Origin: Anaerolineae bacterium
GTDB lineage: Bacteria; Chloroflexota; Anaerolineae; B4-G1; SLSP01
Length of the DNA: 64,000 bases
Reading direction: 5' to 3'
NCBI GenBank assembly: GCA_035347995.1
Contig: DAOPQD010000007.1
Location: 888-64,887 of the forward strand
The translations under genes and the position numbers were made by a program. This document shows positions 8,240 to 18,025 of the stretch, in pieces (the first letter of the stretch is position 1; each line of letters starts with the position of its first letter). The notes under the pieces were generated by a model, which saw only the letters and a list, made by a program, of their open reading frames with translations, was not told the DNA's origin and made no database searches.

Positions 8240-9478
8240 TTGATCAAACAGCACGAACTCACCGGTACCAACGGCAGTGACATCAAATTCCACAATCTCC
8301 GCGCCGTATTGCTGGCGCTCCTGCAGCAAAAAACCATCTCGCGCGTGCGACTGGCCCGCCTCACGGGTCTCTCGAACACCACAATCACCCATCTCGTCAA
8401 CGAGCTGCTGGCTGAGGGCATCATAGAGGAAATCGGCGCGGAAGAATCGCCCACCGCTCCGACCGTGGGACGTCCGCCCACGGCCTTGCGGCTGATTCCA
8501 ACAGCGCGCTATGCCGTCGGCGTCCATTTCGGCGTCGGCAGTGTGCGCGTTGCAGTCACCGACCTGCTGGCACAGCCGCTGCTCACGTTGAGCCTGGAAC
8601 ATCCCCTCGAACGCCCCGCTGAGGAAGTGCTCGAGGACACTCTCGCCTTAGTGCGCTCCGCCATTGCCGAAAGCGGCATCCGTCCGACCGCACTGGTGGG
8701 GGTGGGGGTGGGGGCGTCAGGGCTGGTGGACCTGGAACGCGGCGTCAATCTGTTCGCTCCCAACCTGGGGTGGCGGGACGTGCCGTTGCTCGATTGGTTT
8801 GCCGACGCGCTGGGAGTGCCGGTGTGGGTGGACAACAACGTCCGCGCGATGGCGCTGGCCGAGTCTATGTTCGGGCAAGAAGATCATCGGACAGAAGCCC
8901 TGGCGTTTGTCTATGCCCGCATCGGCGTCGGCGCCGGGCTTGTGGTGAATGGAAAACTCTATCATGGCAGCGTCGCCGGCGCGGGAGAGATCGGGCACAC
9001 GACGCTGCTGGGAGCGGGCGGCGAGCCATGCCGCTGTGGCAACGTCGGTTGCCTGGAGACGCTGTTCTCCGAACCGGTCATCGTGCGCTGCGCCCAGGCC
9101 CTGGCGGAGCAGGCACCTGATGGCCTGCTGGCGATGACATTGCGCGAAGGGCAGGGCCCCCTGATTGAGCGCGTTTTCGCCGCGGTGGAGCAGGGCGACA
9201 GTGCCACCCGCGCGATGCTCGCAGAACGCGCCCATTACATGGGCATTGCCCTGGCCAACCTCGTCAACGTCCTCAATCCGGACCTGATTGTTTTGGGCGG
9301 CTTGTTCGTTCAGGGACGGCGCTGGCTCATGCCCGCGGCCGAGGCCACCATGCGCGCGCGGGCGTTCGCCGGCCTCGGTGAACGCGTGCGGCTGGAAATC
9401 ACGCAGTTCGGGCCTAATGTCGGTGTCATCGGCGCGGCGGCACTGGCGCTCAACTCGTTCTTCTATCAAGCGACGTGA
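8240..9478 (+). CDS. ROK family transcriptional regulator (NagC/XylR-like)
   Basis: N-terminal wHTH (ISRVRLARLTGLSNTTITHLVNELL). The ROK sugar-kinase-like body carries the zinc motif GHTTL...CRCGNVGCLE. Confidence 0.85.
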   Translation: MIKQHELTGTNGSDIKFHNLRAVLLALLQQKTISRVRLARLTGLSNTTITHLVNELLAEGIIEEIGAEESPTAPTVGRPPTALRLIPTARYAVGVHFGVGSVRVAVTDLLAQPLLTLSLEHPLERPAEEVLEDTLALVRSAIAESGIRPTALVGVGVGASGLVDLERGVNLFAPNLGWRDVPLLDWFADALGVPVWVDNNVRAMALAESMFGQEDHRTEALAFVYARIGVGAGLVVNGKLYHGSVAGAGEIGHTTLLGAGGEPCRCGNVGCLETLFSEPVIVRCAQALAEQAPDGLLAMTLREGQGPLIERVFAAVEQGDSATRAMLAERAHYMGIALANLVNVLNPDLIVLGGLFVQGRRWLMPAAEATMRARAFAGLGERVRLEITQFGPNVGVIGAAALALNSFFYQAT

Positions 9479-9533
9479 ATTCATGGCCGGAGCCAGCAAT
9501 TTCACGCACGACGGGTGTCGGCAGGAGTAGCCT

Positions 9534-10892
9534 ATGCCTTCTTCAACCCTGACGGTAGGCTTTGCAGCATTGGCGCGGACGACGTTCGATGTGCCGTTGG
9601 CGCAGGCCATGACGGCGCGGGCGCGGTCAGCCCTGGCAGAGGCAGGGTTCAGGCTGGTTGGACCGGAGGCCCTGGTGACAGGCCTGGAGGAAGCCCAGGT
9701 CGCGGCCCAACAGTTGGCCCAAGACCCGCCGGACCTGCTGTTGATTTTCCAGGCAACCTTCGCCGACAGCACGATGCTCACGGCGCTTGCCGAAGCCGGC
9801 ACGGCCCCGCTGTTGCTGTGGGCCGTGCCGGAGCCGTCCAGCGGCGAGCGTCTGCGACTCAACTCGTTATGCGGGATCAACCTGGGCGCTTTCGCCCTCA
9901 AACGACGGGGGCTGACGTATGCGTATGTGTACGCGCCGCCGGAGGATCTCGCCGCCATGGAGAAGGTGCGCGTCCTGGCGCAAGGCGGGCGGCTGCGACG
10001 CCTGCTGCGCCAGGCTCGCATCGGACGGGTGGGCGAAGCCCCTGAAGGCTTCGAGCCCTGCGCGCTGGACGAACCGACGCTGACGGCGCGCCTCGGCGTG
10101 CAGATCGTGCCGCTGACGTTGGAGGAAGTCTTTGCCGGCGCGCGCGCGACCCCCGCGGACGCCGTGGCCGAGGCGCTGACGACACTGCGCACCCGGCTCG
10201 ATGGCCTCGACGCGCTGGATCAGACGGCGGTGCGCGGCACGATAGCGACCTATCTCACCCTGCGCGACCTGGCGGCGCGGCTGCATCTCGACGGGCTGGC
10301 GGTCCGCTGCTGGCCGCAATTTTTCACCGAACTGGGGTGCGCTGCCTGCGGAGCCATGTCGCTGCTGAGCGAGGAGCTCGTCCCTTGCAGCTGTGAGGCG
10401 GACATCAATGGGAATGTGACGCAGCTGGTGCTGCAGTGGCTCAGCGGGGAACCGGCCTTCGGCGCCGACATGGTGGCCTTTGATATGGAAGCCAACACGG
10501 CAGTGCTGTGGCATTGTGGCCTGGCGCCGCTGGCGATGGCCGATCCGACCGTGCGCCCGCGCGGGACGGTGCACTCAAATCGCGGTCTGCCCCTGCTCCT
10601 GGAGTTTCCCCTGAAACCGGGGCGGGTCACATTGGCGCGGCTGACCGGCGGCGGGACGGCCGGCGAGCTGCGATTGGTGGTGGGCAGCGGCGAGATGCTC
10701 CGCGCCCCGCGCAGCTTTTCCGGCACCTCCGGCGTGTTGCGCTTCGACTATCCCGCCCAAACCGTGCTGGATACCCTCATGAACGAGGGATTGGATCACC
10801 ACATCTGTCTCACGTATGGCGAACACCTCGCGCCGCTGCTGGAATTGGCCCGGCTGCTCCGGCTGCCGGTGATGCAGCTCGGTAAATCATAG
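9534..10892 (+). CDS. L-fucose/L-arabinose isomerase family protein
   Basis: 452 aa, with an AGGAG RBS. Its length and N- and C-terminal regions look to me like the uncharacterised fucose-isomerase-like family, but I cannot point to a diagnostic motif. Confidence 0.55.
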   Translation: MPSSTLTVGFAALARTTFDVPLAQAMTARARSALAEAGFRLVGPEALVTGLEEAQVAAQQLAQDPPDLLLIFQATFADSTMLTALAEAGTAPLLLWAVPEPSSGERLRLNSLCGINLGAFALKRRGLTYAYVYAPPEDLAAMEKVRVLAQGGRLRRLLRQARIGRVGEAPEGFEPCALDEPTLTARLGVQIVPLTLEEVFAGARATPADAVAEALTTLRTRLDGLDALDQTAVRGTIATYLTLRDLAARLHLDGLAVRCWPQFFTELGCAACGAMSLLSEELVPCSCEADINGNVTQLVLQWLSGEPAFGADMVAFDMEANTAVLWHCGLAPLAMADPTVRPRGTVHSNRGLPLLLEFPLKPGRVTLARLTGGGTAGELRLVVGSGEMLRAPRSFSGTSGVLRFDYPAQTVLDTLMNEGLDHHICLTYGEHLAPLLELARLLRLPVMQLGKS

Positions 10893-10897
10893 TTTCA

Positions 10898-11615
10898 ATG
10901 AAATCGCCCAAGAGTTTGATCCTGTTGCTCATCTTGAGCATGATCGTGACTGCCTGCGGCTCGGAGGCAACGCCGACGCAAGCCCCGACACAGGCGCCGC
11001 CAGCGGAAGTCGTGGAGCTCCGCATGATGTGGTACAACGACGGCGTCGAGGGTGAGGTGATGCGCGACCTCCTCGATCGTTTCGAAGCCGCCAACCCCGA
11101 TATTCGGGTGGTGATGGACACCGTGGCGTATGCGGACCTCCACACCATTCTTCAGGGGCAGGTAGAGGCCGGCACCGGGCCTGATCTGGCCCGCGTCACG
11201 GACGTCAACCGCTTCAAGCAATACTACCTGGATATGCGGCCCTATATGGCTGATCCCGATGGCTGGGCGGCAAACTGGCCAGAGGCGGTCCTCAATTCGC
11301 TGCGCGTTCCAGGTGACACGAAGGGGCTCCATGGATTTCCCACGCAGTTCACTGTCACCGGTCCCTTCATCAATCGCACGCTGTTTGAGCAGGCGGGCGT
11401 GCCGGTCCCCAGCGACACTTCCGACAAAGTGACCTGGGAAACGTGGGTCGAGGCCGCCAAGAAGGTAGCGGCCGCTACCGGGACGCCCTACGCAGTGGCC
11501 ATTGATCGCACCGGTCACCGCTTCTGGGGACCTTCACTGAGTCGTTGCGCCACCTACATCACCGAAGACGGCTTCAAAATTGATACGCCCGGCTTCCGCA
11601 GCACCGCCCAGATGA
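10898..11615 (+). pseudogene. truncated sugar ABC transporter substrate-binding lipoprotein (N-terminal ~240 aa only)
   Basis: Lipoprotein signal (LSMIVTACGS) and family-1 SBP sequence run up to ...TPGFRSTAQMI. After that the frame reads implausible His/Arg-rich sequence. A full-length SBP would be about 430 aa. Confidence 0.7.
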
Positions 11616-11618
11616 TCA

Positions 11619-11840
11619 GTGATGTGGCGGTGGAACGATTTCCTCTGGCCCCTGATCGTCGTCACCAAATCGGAGCTGTTCACTTTGCAGGTAGGGTTGA
11701 ATGCCTTTCAGGGCGAGCTCAACGTGCAGTGGCAATACATTCTGGCGATGACGGTGCTCACGTTGTTGCCCATCAGCGTAGTATTTGCCTTCCTGCAGGA
11801 ATACATCACCACAGGCATCGCCACGACCGGCATGAAGTGA
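11619..11840 (+). pseudogene. C-terminal ~70 aa remnant of a MalG-type ABC sugar permease
   Basis: WNDFLWPLIVV...LFTLQVGLNAF...WQYILAMTVLTLLPISVVFAFLQEYITTGIATTGMK is the conserved C-terminal end of CUT1 permeases. No N-terminal part is present. Confidence 0.7.
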
Positions 11841-11881
11841 CGCTGGCAGAGCGCGTCGTTTGAGAGCGTATCAGACCCGGA

Positions 11882-11935
11882 ATTCATTCCGAGGCAAACG
11901 GTCTGAGAGCGGCCTGAAGTTCGCGCCACCTTTGT
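11882..11935. repeat. repeat module CAGACCCGGAATTCATTCCGRGG...CGGCCTGAAGTTCGCG
   Basis: The same module occurs at 48198-48236, upstream of pepF. Here it carries a 15-nt internal insertion. Confidence 0.8.
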
Positions 11936-11995
11936 CACGCAAGTGATTCGCTGACTCGCTTTTTCGCTGATTCGCTAATTTTCCGAGGAAACCCT

Positions 11996-13840
11996 ATGAC
12001 ACATCCCTATGCCGGGCAATACTTCTACATTGACCTGACAATGGGCGACATCCAGCTCCAGCCCATCGCCGAGGCGGATGTGCGCAAATATCTGTTGGGC
12101 AGCGGCTATGCGGCGAAGCTCTACGCCGAAGACCTCGACCCCGCGCTTGACCCGCTGGACCCGCGCGCGTCGTTCTACATCTTCAACGGCCTGCTCACGG
12201 GGACATTTGCTCCCACCGGCTGCCGTTCGAGCTGGTGCGGACGCAGTCCGCTCACCGGCATCTGGAACGAGGCCAATGTCGGCGGGCACATCGGCGCGGA
12301 ATTGCGGGCCGTGGGTGTAGATGGGCTGGTGCTCACCGGTCGGGCTGAGCATCCCGTGTACCTCTACCTCCACGACGGCCCCGACGGGCCGCTCGCTGAA
12401 ATCCGCGACGCCAGGGATCTCTGGGGACTGGACACCTTCGACGCCTACGACGCGCTGCTGGCGCAGACGGATCCCAAAGCGCGCGCTGCCGTCATCGGCC
12501 CGGCAGGCGAGGCGCTGATCCCCTTTGCGGCCATCCTGCAAGGGGGGCGTGATCACAGCCGCGCGGCGGCGCGAGGCGGTATGGGCGCCGTGCTCGGCAG
12601 CAAACACGTCAAAGCCATCGTGGCGCGGGGGAAACAGAAACCGGCTTACGGCGACCCCCATGCCTTTCGCACCGTCGTCAAGGAACTCACCCCCCTCATC
12701 AAACGCCATCAGGCAGGAGCCTCGCTCTACGGCACCACCGGCGGGATGACGGGAACGGAATTGCGCGGCGACTTGCCCATCCACAACTGGGCCGGCGGGA
12801 CTTTCATCGAGGGCGCACACGCCCTTTCGGGGCAGGTGCTGCGGGAAAAGTACGTCACGAAGGACACGTTCTGCTACGCCTGTCCGATTGGCTGCGGCAA
12901 GTTCATCGAAATCAACAGCGGGCCTCACGCCGGCACACGCGGCGAAGCGGCGGAATACGAAACCGTGGCCGCCCTGGGTTCGATGCTGGAGATTGATGAC
13001 CTGGAAGCGGTGAACCGCGCCAACGAGATCTGCAACCGCCTGGGCCTGGATACGATCAGCGCGGGCGGCGTCATCGCCTTTGCCTTCGAAGCTTTTGAGC
13101 AGGGGCTGCTCACCCTCGAGGAGACCGACGGCGTGCCACTGAGCTGGGGCAGCGTGGACGCCCTGTTCAAAGCGCTGGAGCTCATCCTGGCGCGACGCGG
13201 CGCGGGCGCCTATTTGGCGCTAGGCACGCGCGCCGCCGCCGCCCACCTCGGACACGGCTCCGAGGTCTACGCCGTCCACGTCAAAGGGTTGGAAGTCGCC
13301 TGTCACGATCCGCGCGCGTTCTTCTCCATGGCCACGAATTACGCCACGGCGAACCGGGGCGGCTGCCACCTGGAGGGTCTGACGTATTGGCCCCTGTACG
13401 GCATCGAGCCCGACGCCTGGTACCCCGTCCCCTACGAGCGCTTTTCTGATGCAGGGGCGGCAGCACACGCGATCGCCTTCCAGGATTACACCGGCCTGTA
13501 CAATCCGTTGGGATTGTGCAAATTCGCGGGAAAAGTGGGGGCGCTTTACGAGCGGCTGCCAGAACTGCTCCAGGCAGCGACAGGATGGGACCTCAGCACG
13601 GCGGAACTGCGGCTGATCGGCGAACGTCTGTTCAACCTCAAACGCCTCATCAACCTGCGGCTGGGGATCACCGCTGCCGATGACACCCTGCCCCGGCGCC
13701 TGCTCACGCCGCGTCCCTCCGGCGAGGCGGCAGGCAAAATCCCCGACCTGGCGCGACAATTGCGCGAGTATTACGCGCTGCGCGGCTGGGACGAACAGGG
13801 ACGTCCCACCGCGGCAAAACTGGCCGAATTAGGGCTGTAG
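11996..13840 (+). CDS. aor: aldehyde:ferredoxin oxidoreductase family (tungstopterin enzyme)
   Basis: 614 aa. N-terminal YIDLT...GSGYAAKLY...GRSPLTG, then DTISAGGVIAFAFE, GGCHLEG and PLGLCKF, are AOR family motifs. Confidence 0.85.
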   Translation: MTHPYAGQYFYIDLTMGDIQLQPIAEADVRKYLLGSGYAAKLYAEDLDPALDPLDPRASFYIFNGLLTGTFAPTGCRSSWCGRSPLTGIWNEANVGGHIGAELRAVGVDGLVLTGRAEHPVYLYLHDGPDGPLAEIRDARDLWGLDTFDAYDALLAQTDPKARAAVIGPAGEALIPFAAILQGGRDHSRAAARGGMGAVLGSKHVKAIVARGKQKPAYGDPHAFRTVVKELTPLIKRHQAGASLYGTTGGMTGTELRGDLPIHNWAGGTFIEGAHALSGQVLREKYVTKDTFCYACPIGCGKFIEINSGPHAGTRGEAAEYETVAALGSMLEIDDLEAVNRANEICNRLGLDTISAGGVIAFAFEAFEQGLLTLEETDGVPLSWGSVDALFKALELILARRGAGAYLALGTRAAAAHLGHGSEVYAVHVKGLEVACHDPRAFFSMATNYATANRGGCHLEGLTYWPLYGIEPDAWYPVPYERFSDAGAAAHAIAFQDYTGLYNPLGLCKFAGKVGALYERLPELLQAATGWDLSTAELRLIGERLFNLKRLINLRLGITAADDTLPRRLLTPRPSGEAAGKIPDLARQLREYYALRGWDEQGRPTAAKLAELGL

Positions 13841-13888
13841 CTTTCGCTGCGCCAACCCTACAAATAAATCCTTCAGGAGGCACTCGCA

Positions 13889-14551
13889 ATGCAATTCTTC
13901 CTCGATAGCGCACACGTGCATGAGATCGAACACGCACTCCAGATGTGGAATCTGGACGGGGTGACGACCAATCCCAGGCACATCCAGGCTTCCGGCAAGC
14001 CGTTCCTGACGGTGATTCGGGAGATCGCGGCACTGTTTGCCGGCACGGATAAGACCATCTCCGTGGAAGTGAACCCGCACCTGACGAGCTGGGAGGCCAT
14101 GGCCGCCGAGGCGGAGAAACTGGCGGCGCTCAGTCCCAATTTCGTCATCAAATTGCCCGCCACTGAGGCCGGCTTTAAGGGCGTCGCCGTGCTCAAAGAA
14201 AAGGGCATCCGCAGCAATCTCACGCTCGTCTTTTCGGCGGCGCAGGCGCTGCAGGCGATGCGAATGGGCGCTTTCTACGTCTCGCCCTTCATCGGTTGGA
14301 AAGAGGCCAACGCCGAGGAGACGCTGAGCATGATTCAGGACATCGTCGCCATCCGCGACAACTACGGGTTCAACACCGGCGTGCTCGTGGCGGCGCTCCG
14401 CAACGGGCGGCAGATGGTGGATGCCGCCGTCGCTGGCGCGGACATTGTCACCGCGGGCTTCGCGGTCTACCAAGAGGCCTTCGATCACCCCTACACGCAT
14501 GTCGGCCTGGCGCGCTTCCAGGGCTTTTGGGATCAGACGCCCTACGAATGA
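13889..14551 (+). CDS. transaldolase family protein / fructose-6-phosphate aldolase-like
   Basis: 220 aa. FFLDSA...DGVTTNP...VIKLPAT...NLTLVFS...YVSPFIGW is the short Tal/FSA class signature. Confidence 0.8.
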   Translation: MQFFLDSAHVHEIEHALQMWNLDGVTTNPRHIQASGKPFLTVIREIAALFAGTDKTISVEVNPHLTSWEAMAAEAEKLAALSPNFVIKLPATEAGFKGVAVLKEKGIRSNLTLVFSAAQALQAMRMGAFYVSPFIGWKEANAEETLSMIQDIVAIRDNYGFNTGVLVAALRNGRQMVDAAVAGADIVTAGFAVYQEAFDHPYTHVGLARFQGFWDQTPYE

Positions 14552-14637
14552 TGGCGGGAAATGGGAAGCGAGCGACGAGTCGTGAGCAGTGAGCCCATGG
14601 CTAGAAAATAACCCAATCAGCACACAAGGAGCATCCC

Positions 14638-16146
14638 ATGACACACGGCATTCTCATGCATTCTATCCACGACGATGCAGGCGTGGCGGTGATGGACCTC
14701 GCCCCCGGCGACGAGGTGGGGGTAGTAACCCTGGAAGGGGACTTCGTGACGACGCTCAAGGTGACCGAGGCGGTGCCGCTGGGGCACAAGATCGCCATGC
14801 GCGCGCTGCCTGCCGGGCACGTGCTGCTCAAGTACGCGCGCCCCATCGGCAAGACGACGCAGCCCATCGCCCAAGGCGCGCATGTCCACATCCACAACCT
14901 CAAAACCATGCGCTGGGACCTGGAACGGGCGGAAAAGCCCGCGACGTCCGTCAAGCCGCCGGAGCGGCTCTCGCTCGGCGGGCGCCAACCGGAGACGCTG
15001 CAGCTGCTGGGGTACCGGCGCGCAAATGGCCGCGTCGGCATCCGCAATCACGTGCTCATCCTGCCGGTAGATGACATCTCCAACGCCGCCGCCGAGGGCG
15101 TGAGCGCCCTCATCCAGGGCACGCTGGCGCTGCCCCATCCCTACGGGCGCTTGCAATTCGGCGAGGACCTGGAGCTCACCTTCCGCACGCTGGCGGGCAC
15201 GGGACGCAATCCCAACGTCGCCGCCGTCATCGTCATCGGCATCGAGCCCAAATGGACGCAGCGGATCGTGGACCGCATCGCCGAAACGGGCAAACCGGTC
15301 GCCGGCTTCAGCATCGAACGCTACGGCGATCTCAAAACTATCGAGATGGCCGCGCGCCAGGCGCTGGCGTACGTCCAGTGGGCCAGCGAGCTGCAACGCG
15401 AGCCGTTCGCCATCCATGAGCTGTGGATGAGCACCAAGTGCGGCGAATCCGACACCACCTCCGGGCTGGCGGCGAATCCCACCGTCGGGCGTGTCTTCGA
15501 GCGGCTGGCGAAAGCGGGAGCGACGTTGATTTTCGGCGAGACAACCGAAGTCACCGGCGGCGAGGACCTCATCATGAGCCAGTGCGCTACGCCAGAGGTC
15601 GCCGCCGAGTTCAAGCGCGTCTTCGACGATTACCAGGCGCTCATCGCCAGCCAGGGCGTGGATCTGCTCGGCTCGCAGCCCACGGAAGGCAACCTCCGCG
15701 GCGGGCTAACCACCATCGAGGAGAAGGCGCTGGGCAACATCCAGAAGATGGGACGCTGCACGGTACAATCGGTGCTGGGCCCTGCCATGGAGCCCTCAGG
15801 GCCGGGGCTGCACTTCATGGACTCCTCGAGCGCGGCGGCAGAAATGGTGACGCTCTGCGCCGCCGCCGGATCGGTCGTCCATTTCTTCCCTACCGGTCAG
15901 GGCAACATCATCGGCAACCCCATCCTCCCCGTCATCAAGCTCTGCGCGAACCCGCTCACCGTGGCGACAATGGCGGAGCACATTGACGTGGACCTCACCG
16001 GGCTGCTGCGGGTGGAGCTAAACCTCGATGAGGCCGCCGATCACCTGCTGGGGATGCTGGAGCGCACCATTTGCGGGCGCCTCACCGCCGCCGAGGGCTT
16101 GCGTCACAGCGAGTTCGTGCTGACCAAACTGTATCGCAGCGCGTGA
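14638..16146 (+). CDS. uxaA: UxaA family hydrolyase (altronate/galactarate dehydratase-like)
   Basis: 502 aa. N-terminal SAF domain ([26 protein letters not shown]...GAHVHIHN) followed by a UxaA C-terminal domain. Confidence 0.8.
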   Translation: MTHGILMHSIHDDAGVAVMDLAPGDEVGVVTLEGDFVTTLKVTEAVPLGHKIAMRALPAGHVLLKYARPIGKTTQPIAQGAHVHIHNLKTMRWDLERAEKPATSVKPPERLSLGGRQPETLQLLGYRRANGRVGIRNHVLILPVDDISNAAAEGVSALIQGTLALPHPYGRLQFGEDLELTFRTLAGTGRNPNVAAVIVIGIEPKWTQRIVDRIAETGKPVAGFSIERYGDLKTIEMAARQALAYVQWASELQREPFAIHELWMSTKCGESDTTSGLAANPTVGRVFERLAKAGATLIFGETTEVTGGEDLIMSQCATPEVAAEFKRVFDDYQALIASQGVDLLGSQPTEGNLRGGLTTIEEKALGNIQKMGRCTVQSVLGPAMEPSGPGLHFMDSSSAAAEMVTLCAAAGSVVHFFPTGQGNIIGNPILPVIKLCANPLTVATMAEHIDVDLTGLLRVELNLDEAADHLLGMLERTICGRLTAAEGLRHSEFVLTKLYRSA

Positions 16147-16176
16147 AGGCGCTACCGCATAAGGAGGAAAACTTCT

Positions 16177-17391
16177 ATGACCGGAAAAGAATTGCGCAGC
16201 CGCGCTTTCACCCTGAACCCAAATTTCAGTTATTTGCCCGACCCCGACCGTTATCTGATGGCGCGGGAGAGACCCCGTCATCGCTTCAACGTGATCGGCG
16301 TGGGCGTGAACGGCCAGGAGCACCTCCACATCACCCTGTTGGAAGGGCGCGCCACCATCCACGGGATCTACGATCCCAACCCCGGCAGCGTCGCCGGCGC
16401 GCAGCGCGCCTACAAGCAATTTGTGCCGCAGGGGGAGCTGGTCGTCTATGACTCGCTGGAAGCGGCCTGCCATGACCCGGCAGTGGATGGACTGATCATC
16501 AGCACGCCCAACTACACGCACCTGGAGCTGGTGCGCGTGGCGGCGAAATCGGGCAAGCACATCCTGCTGGAAAAGCCCATGGCGACCACCATTCCCGACG
16601 CCTATGAAATCCTGCAAATCGCCCAAAACCACAACGCCATTTTCCAGGTCGGCCTGCAATACCGGTACAAAGCCATCTACGTCGAGGCAATCTACGAGAC
16701 GTTGGTGCGCCGCTCGCTGGGCGAGGTCAAGCAAATCAGCATCATGGAACACCGCATCCCCTTTCTGGACAAGGTCAACCAGTGGAACAAATTCTCGAAA
16801 TACTCCGGCGGGACGCTGGTGGAAAAGTGTTGCCACTACTTCGACCTGCTCAACCTGTTCGCACAGGCCAGGGCAACGCGCGTCTTCGCCACGGGCAGCA
16901 TGGCGGTCAACTTCCGCGAGTTTGAGTACCGCGGCGAGAAATCCGACATCCTCGACAATGCCTTCGTGACGGTGCAGTACGCCAATGGCGTGCTGGGCAG
17001 CTTCAACCTGTGCATGTTCGCGCCGATGTTTTACGAGGAGCTCATCATCTGCGGCGACGAAGGGCGGCTCAAGGCCTACGAAAATCAGGACTTCCTGGCG
17101 CTGGCACGTCCGCACACGCATCTGGAAATTCTGCACGGCGAGGACCGGCCCGGGCGAGTCGGCGCCCCCGGCTATCCCGCCTACATCGAGGAGACCGGGC
17201 ACAACGGCGGCACCTTCTACGAACACGTCAACTTCATCGAGAACATCGAGGGGCGGCAGACGCAAACTGCCACGGCAGCCGAGGGGTTCTGGTCCGTCGT
17301 GGTGGGCGCCGCAGCCGAGGAATCGGTGAAAACAGGGCAGCCGGTCATCATCGCAGAGCTGCTGGAACGCTATGGGATAGATCTCCGCTGA
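16177..17391 (+). CDS. Gfo/Idh/MocA family oxidoreductase
   Basis: RFNVIGVGVNGQEH Rossmann start and EKPMATT motif. The RBS is TAAGGAGG. Confidence 0.8.
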   Translation: MTGKELRSRAFTLNPNFSYLPDPDRYLMARERPRHRFNVIGVGVNGQEHLHITLLEGRATIHGIYDPNPGSVAGAQRAYKQFVPQGELVVYDSLEAACHDPAVDGLIISTPNYTHLELVRVAAKSGKHILLEKPMATTIPDAYEILQIAQNHNAIFQVGLQYRYKAIYVEAIYETLVRRSLGEVKQISIMEHRIPFLDKVNQWNKFSKYSGGTLVEKCCHYFDLLNLFAQARATRVFATGSMAVNFREFEYRGEKSDILDNAFVTVQYANGVLGSFNLCMFAPMFYEELIICGDEGRLKAYENQDFLALARPHTHLEILHGEDRPGRVGAPGYPAYIEETGHNGGTFYEHVNFIENIEGRQTQTATAAEGFWSVVVGAAAEESVKTGQPVIIAELLERYGIDLR

Positions 17392-17498
17392 GGTACAGCC
17401 CCTGCGGCAATTTGTCTTTTCGCCCTGCGGGTGTACACTGTGAATCACCATACTTCATGGCGCTATAGTCAGGGGCGCACCCAGGAAAGGACAGCGAA

Positions 17499-17678
17499 AT
17501 GTTGCCGCGAATAGGCTTACCGGAAATTATTGTAGTTCTCGTGATCGCGTTGCTTATCTTCGGGCCGGGACGGATCACGAAGGTCGCCGGCGAATTGGGG
17601 AAGAGCATTCACGCCTTCCAGCATGGGCTGAAAGAGCAGGACAAGCCTGCTGACGAAAGCCAGCACGACGGCGCATAG
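17499..17678 (+). CDS. tatA: twin-arginine translocase subunit TatA (59 aa, below the ORF-track cutoff)
   Basis: I translated it by hand as MLPRIGLPEIIVVLVIALLIFGPGRITKVAGELGKSIHAFQHGLKEQDKPADESQHDGA, the canonical TatA/E TM plus amphipathic helix. Confidence 0.85.
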   Translation: MLPRIGLPEIIVVLVIALLIFGPGRITKVAGELGKSIHAFQHGLKEQDKPADESQHDGA

Positions 17679-17743
17679 ACCGCCTGACCTGGAGGTGAGG
17701 GCCTGACTCGCCCCCAGGTCGCTTCAGGCCGACGACTTACCCC

Positions 17744-18025
17744 ATGGATTTCTTCAACATCGGAACGCCCGAACTCCTCGTCATCCTCCTCATCGGGCTG
17801 CTGTTGTTTGGACCAGAGGAGCTGGTGAAATTCGCGCGTACAGCGAGCCACTATTTGCGCTCAGCCCAGCAGCTGTGGCGCGAGGTCGCCGCGCAGCTGA
17901 CGCCGGACCTCACGGCGCCTGCCCCCGACCCGCCCGCCGACAACACCGCCATGCCCACAGCCGCCGCCGATGACGACCTCCCCGCGCCGGATGAGACGGC
18001 GCCCCCTCCAGGTTACGGGCCATGA
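17744..18025 (+). CDS. TatA/TatB-like Sec-independent translocase subunit
   Basis: MDFFNIGTPELLVILLIGLLLFGPEELVKFAR followed by a Pro/Ala-rich tail. Its end overlaps the tatC start. Confidence 0.8.
   Translation: MDFFNIGTPELLVILLIGLLLFGPEELVKFARTASHYLRSAQQLWREVAAQLTPDLTAPAPDPPADNTAMPTAAADDDLPAPDETAPPPGYGP

Noticed and set aside
8717-10192. Long antisense or alternative-frame ORFs. Examples are 8717-10192(-), 14617-15417(-), 16018-17451(-), 5972-7294(+), 25288-26673(+), 26824-28644(+), 28953-30470(+), 41354-42235(+), 42153-43298(+), 43441-44880(+), 58984-60165(+) and 60169-61104(+).
   Set aside because: Each fully overlaps a gene with clear family motifs on the other strand or in another frame. 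Their translations are Arg/Gly/Pro/His-rich low-complexity sequence, typical of shadow ORFs in high-GC DNA.
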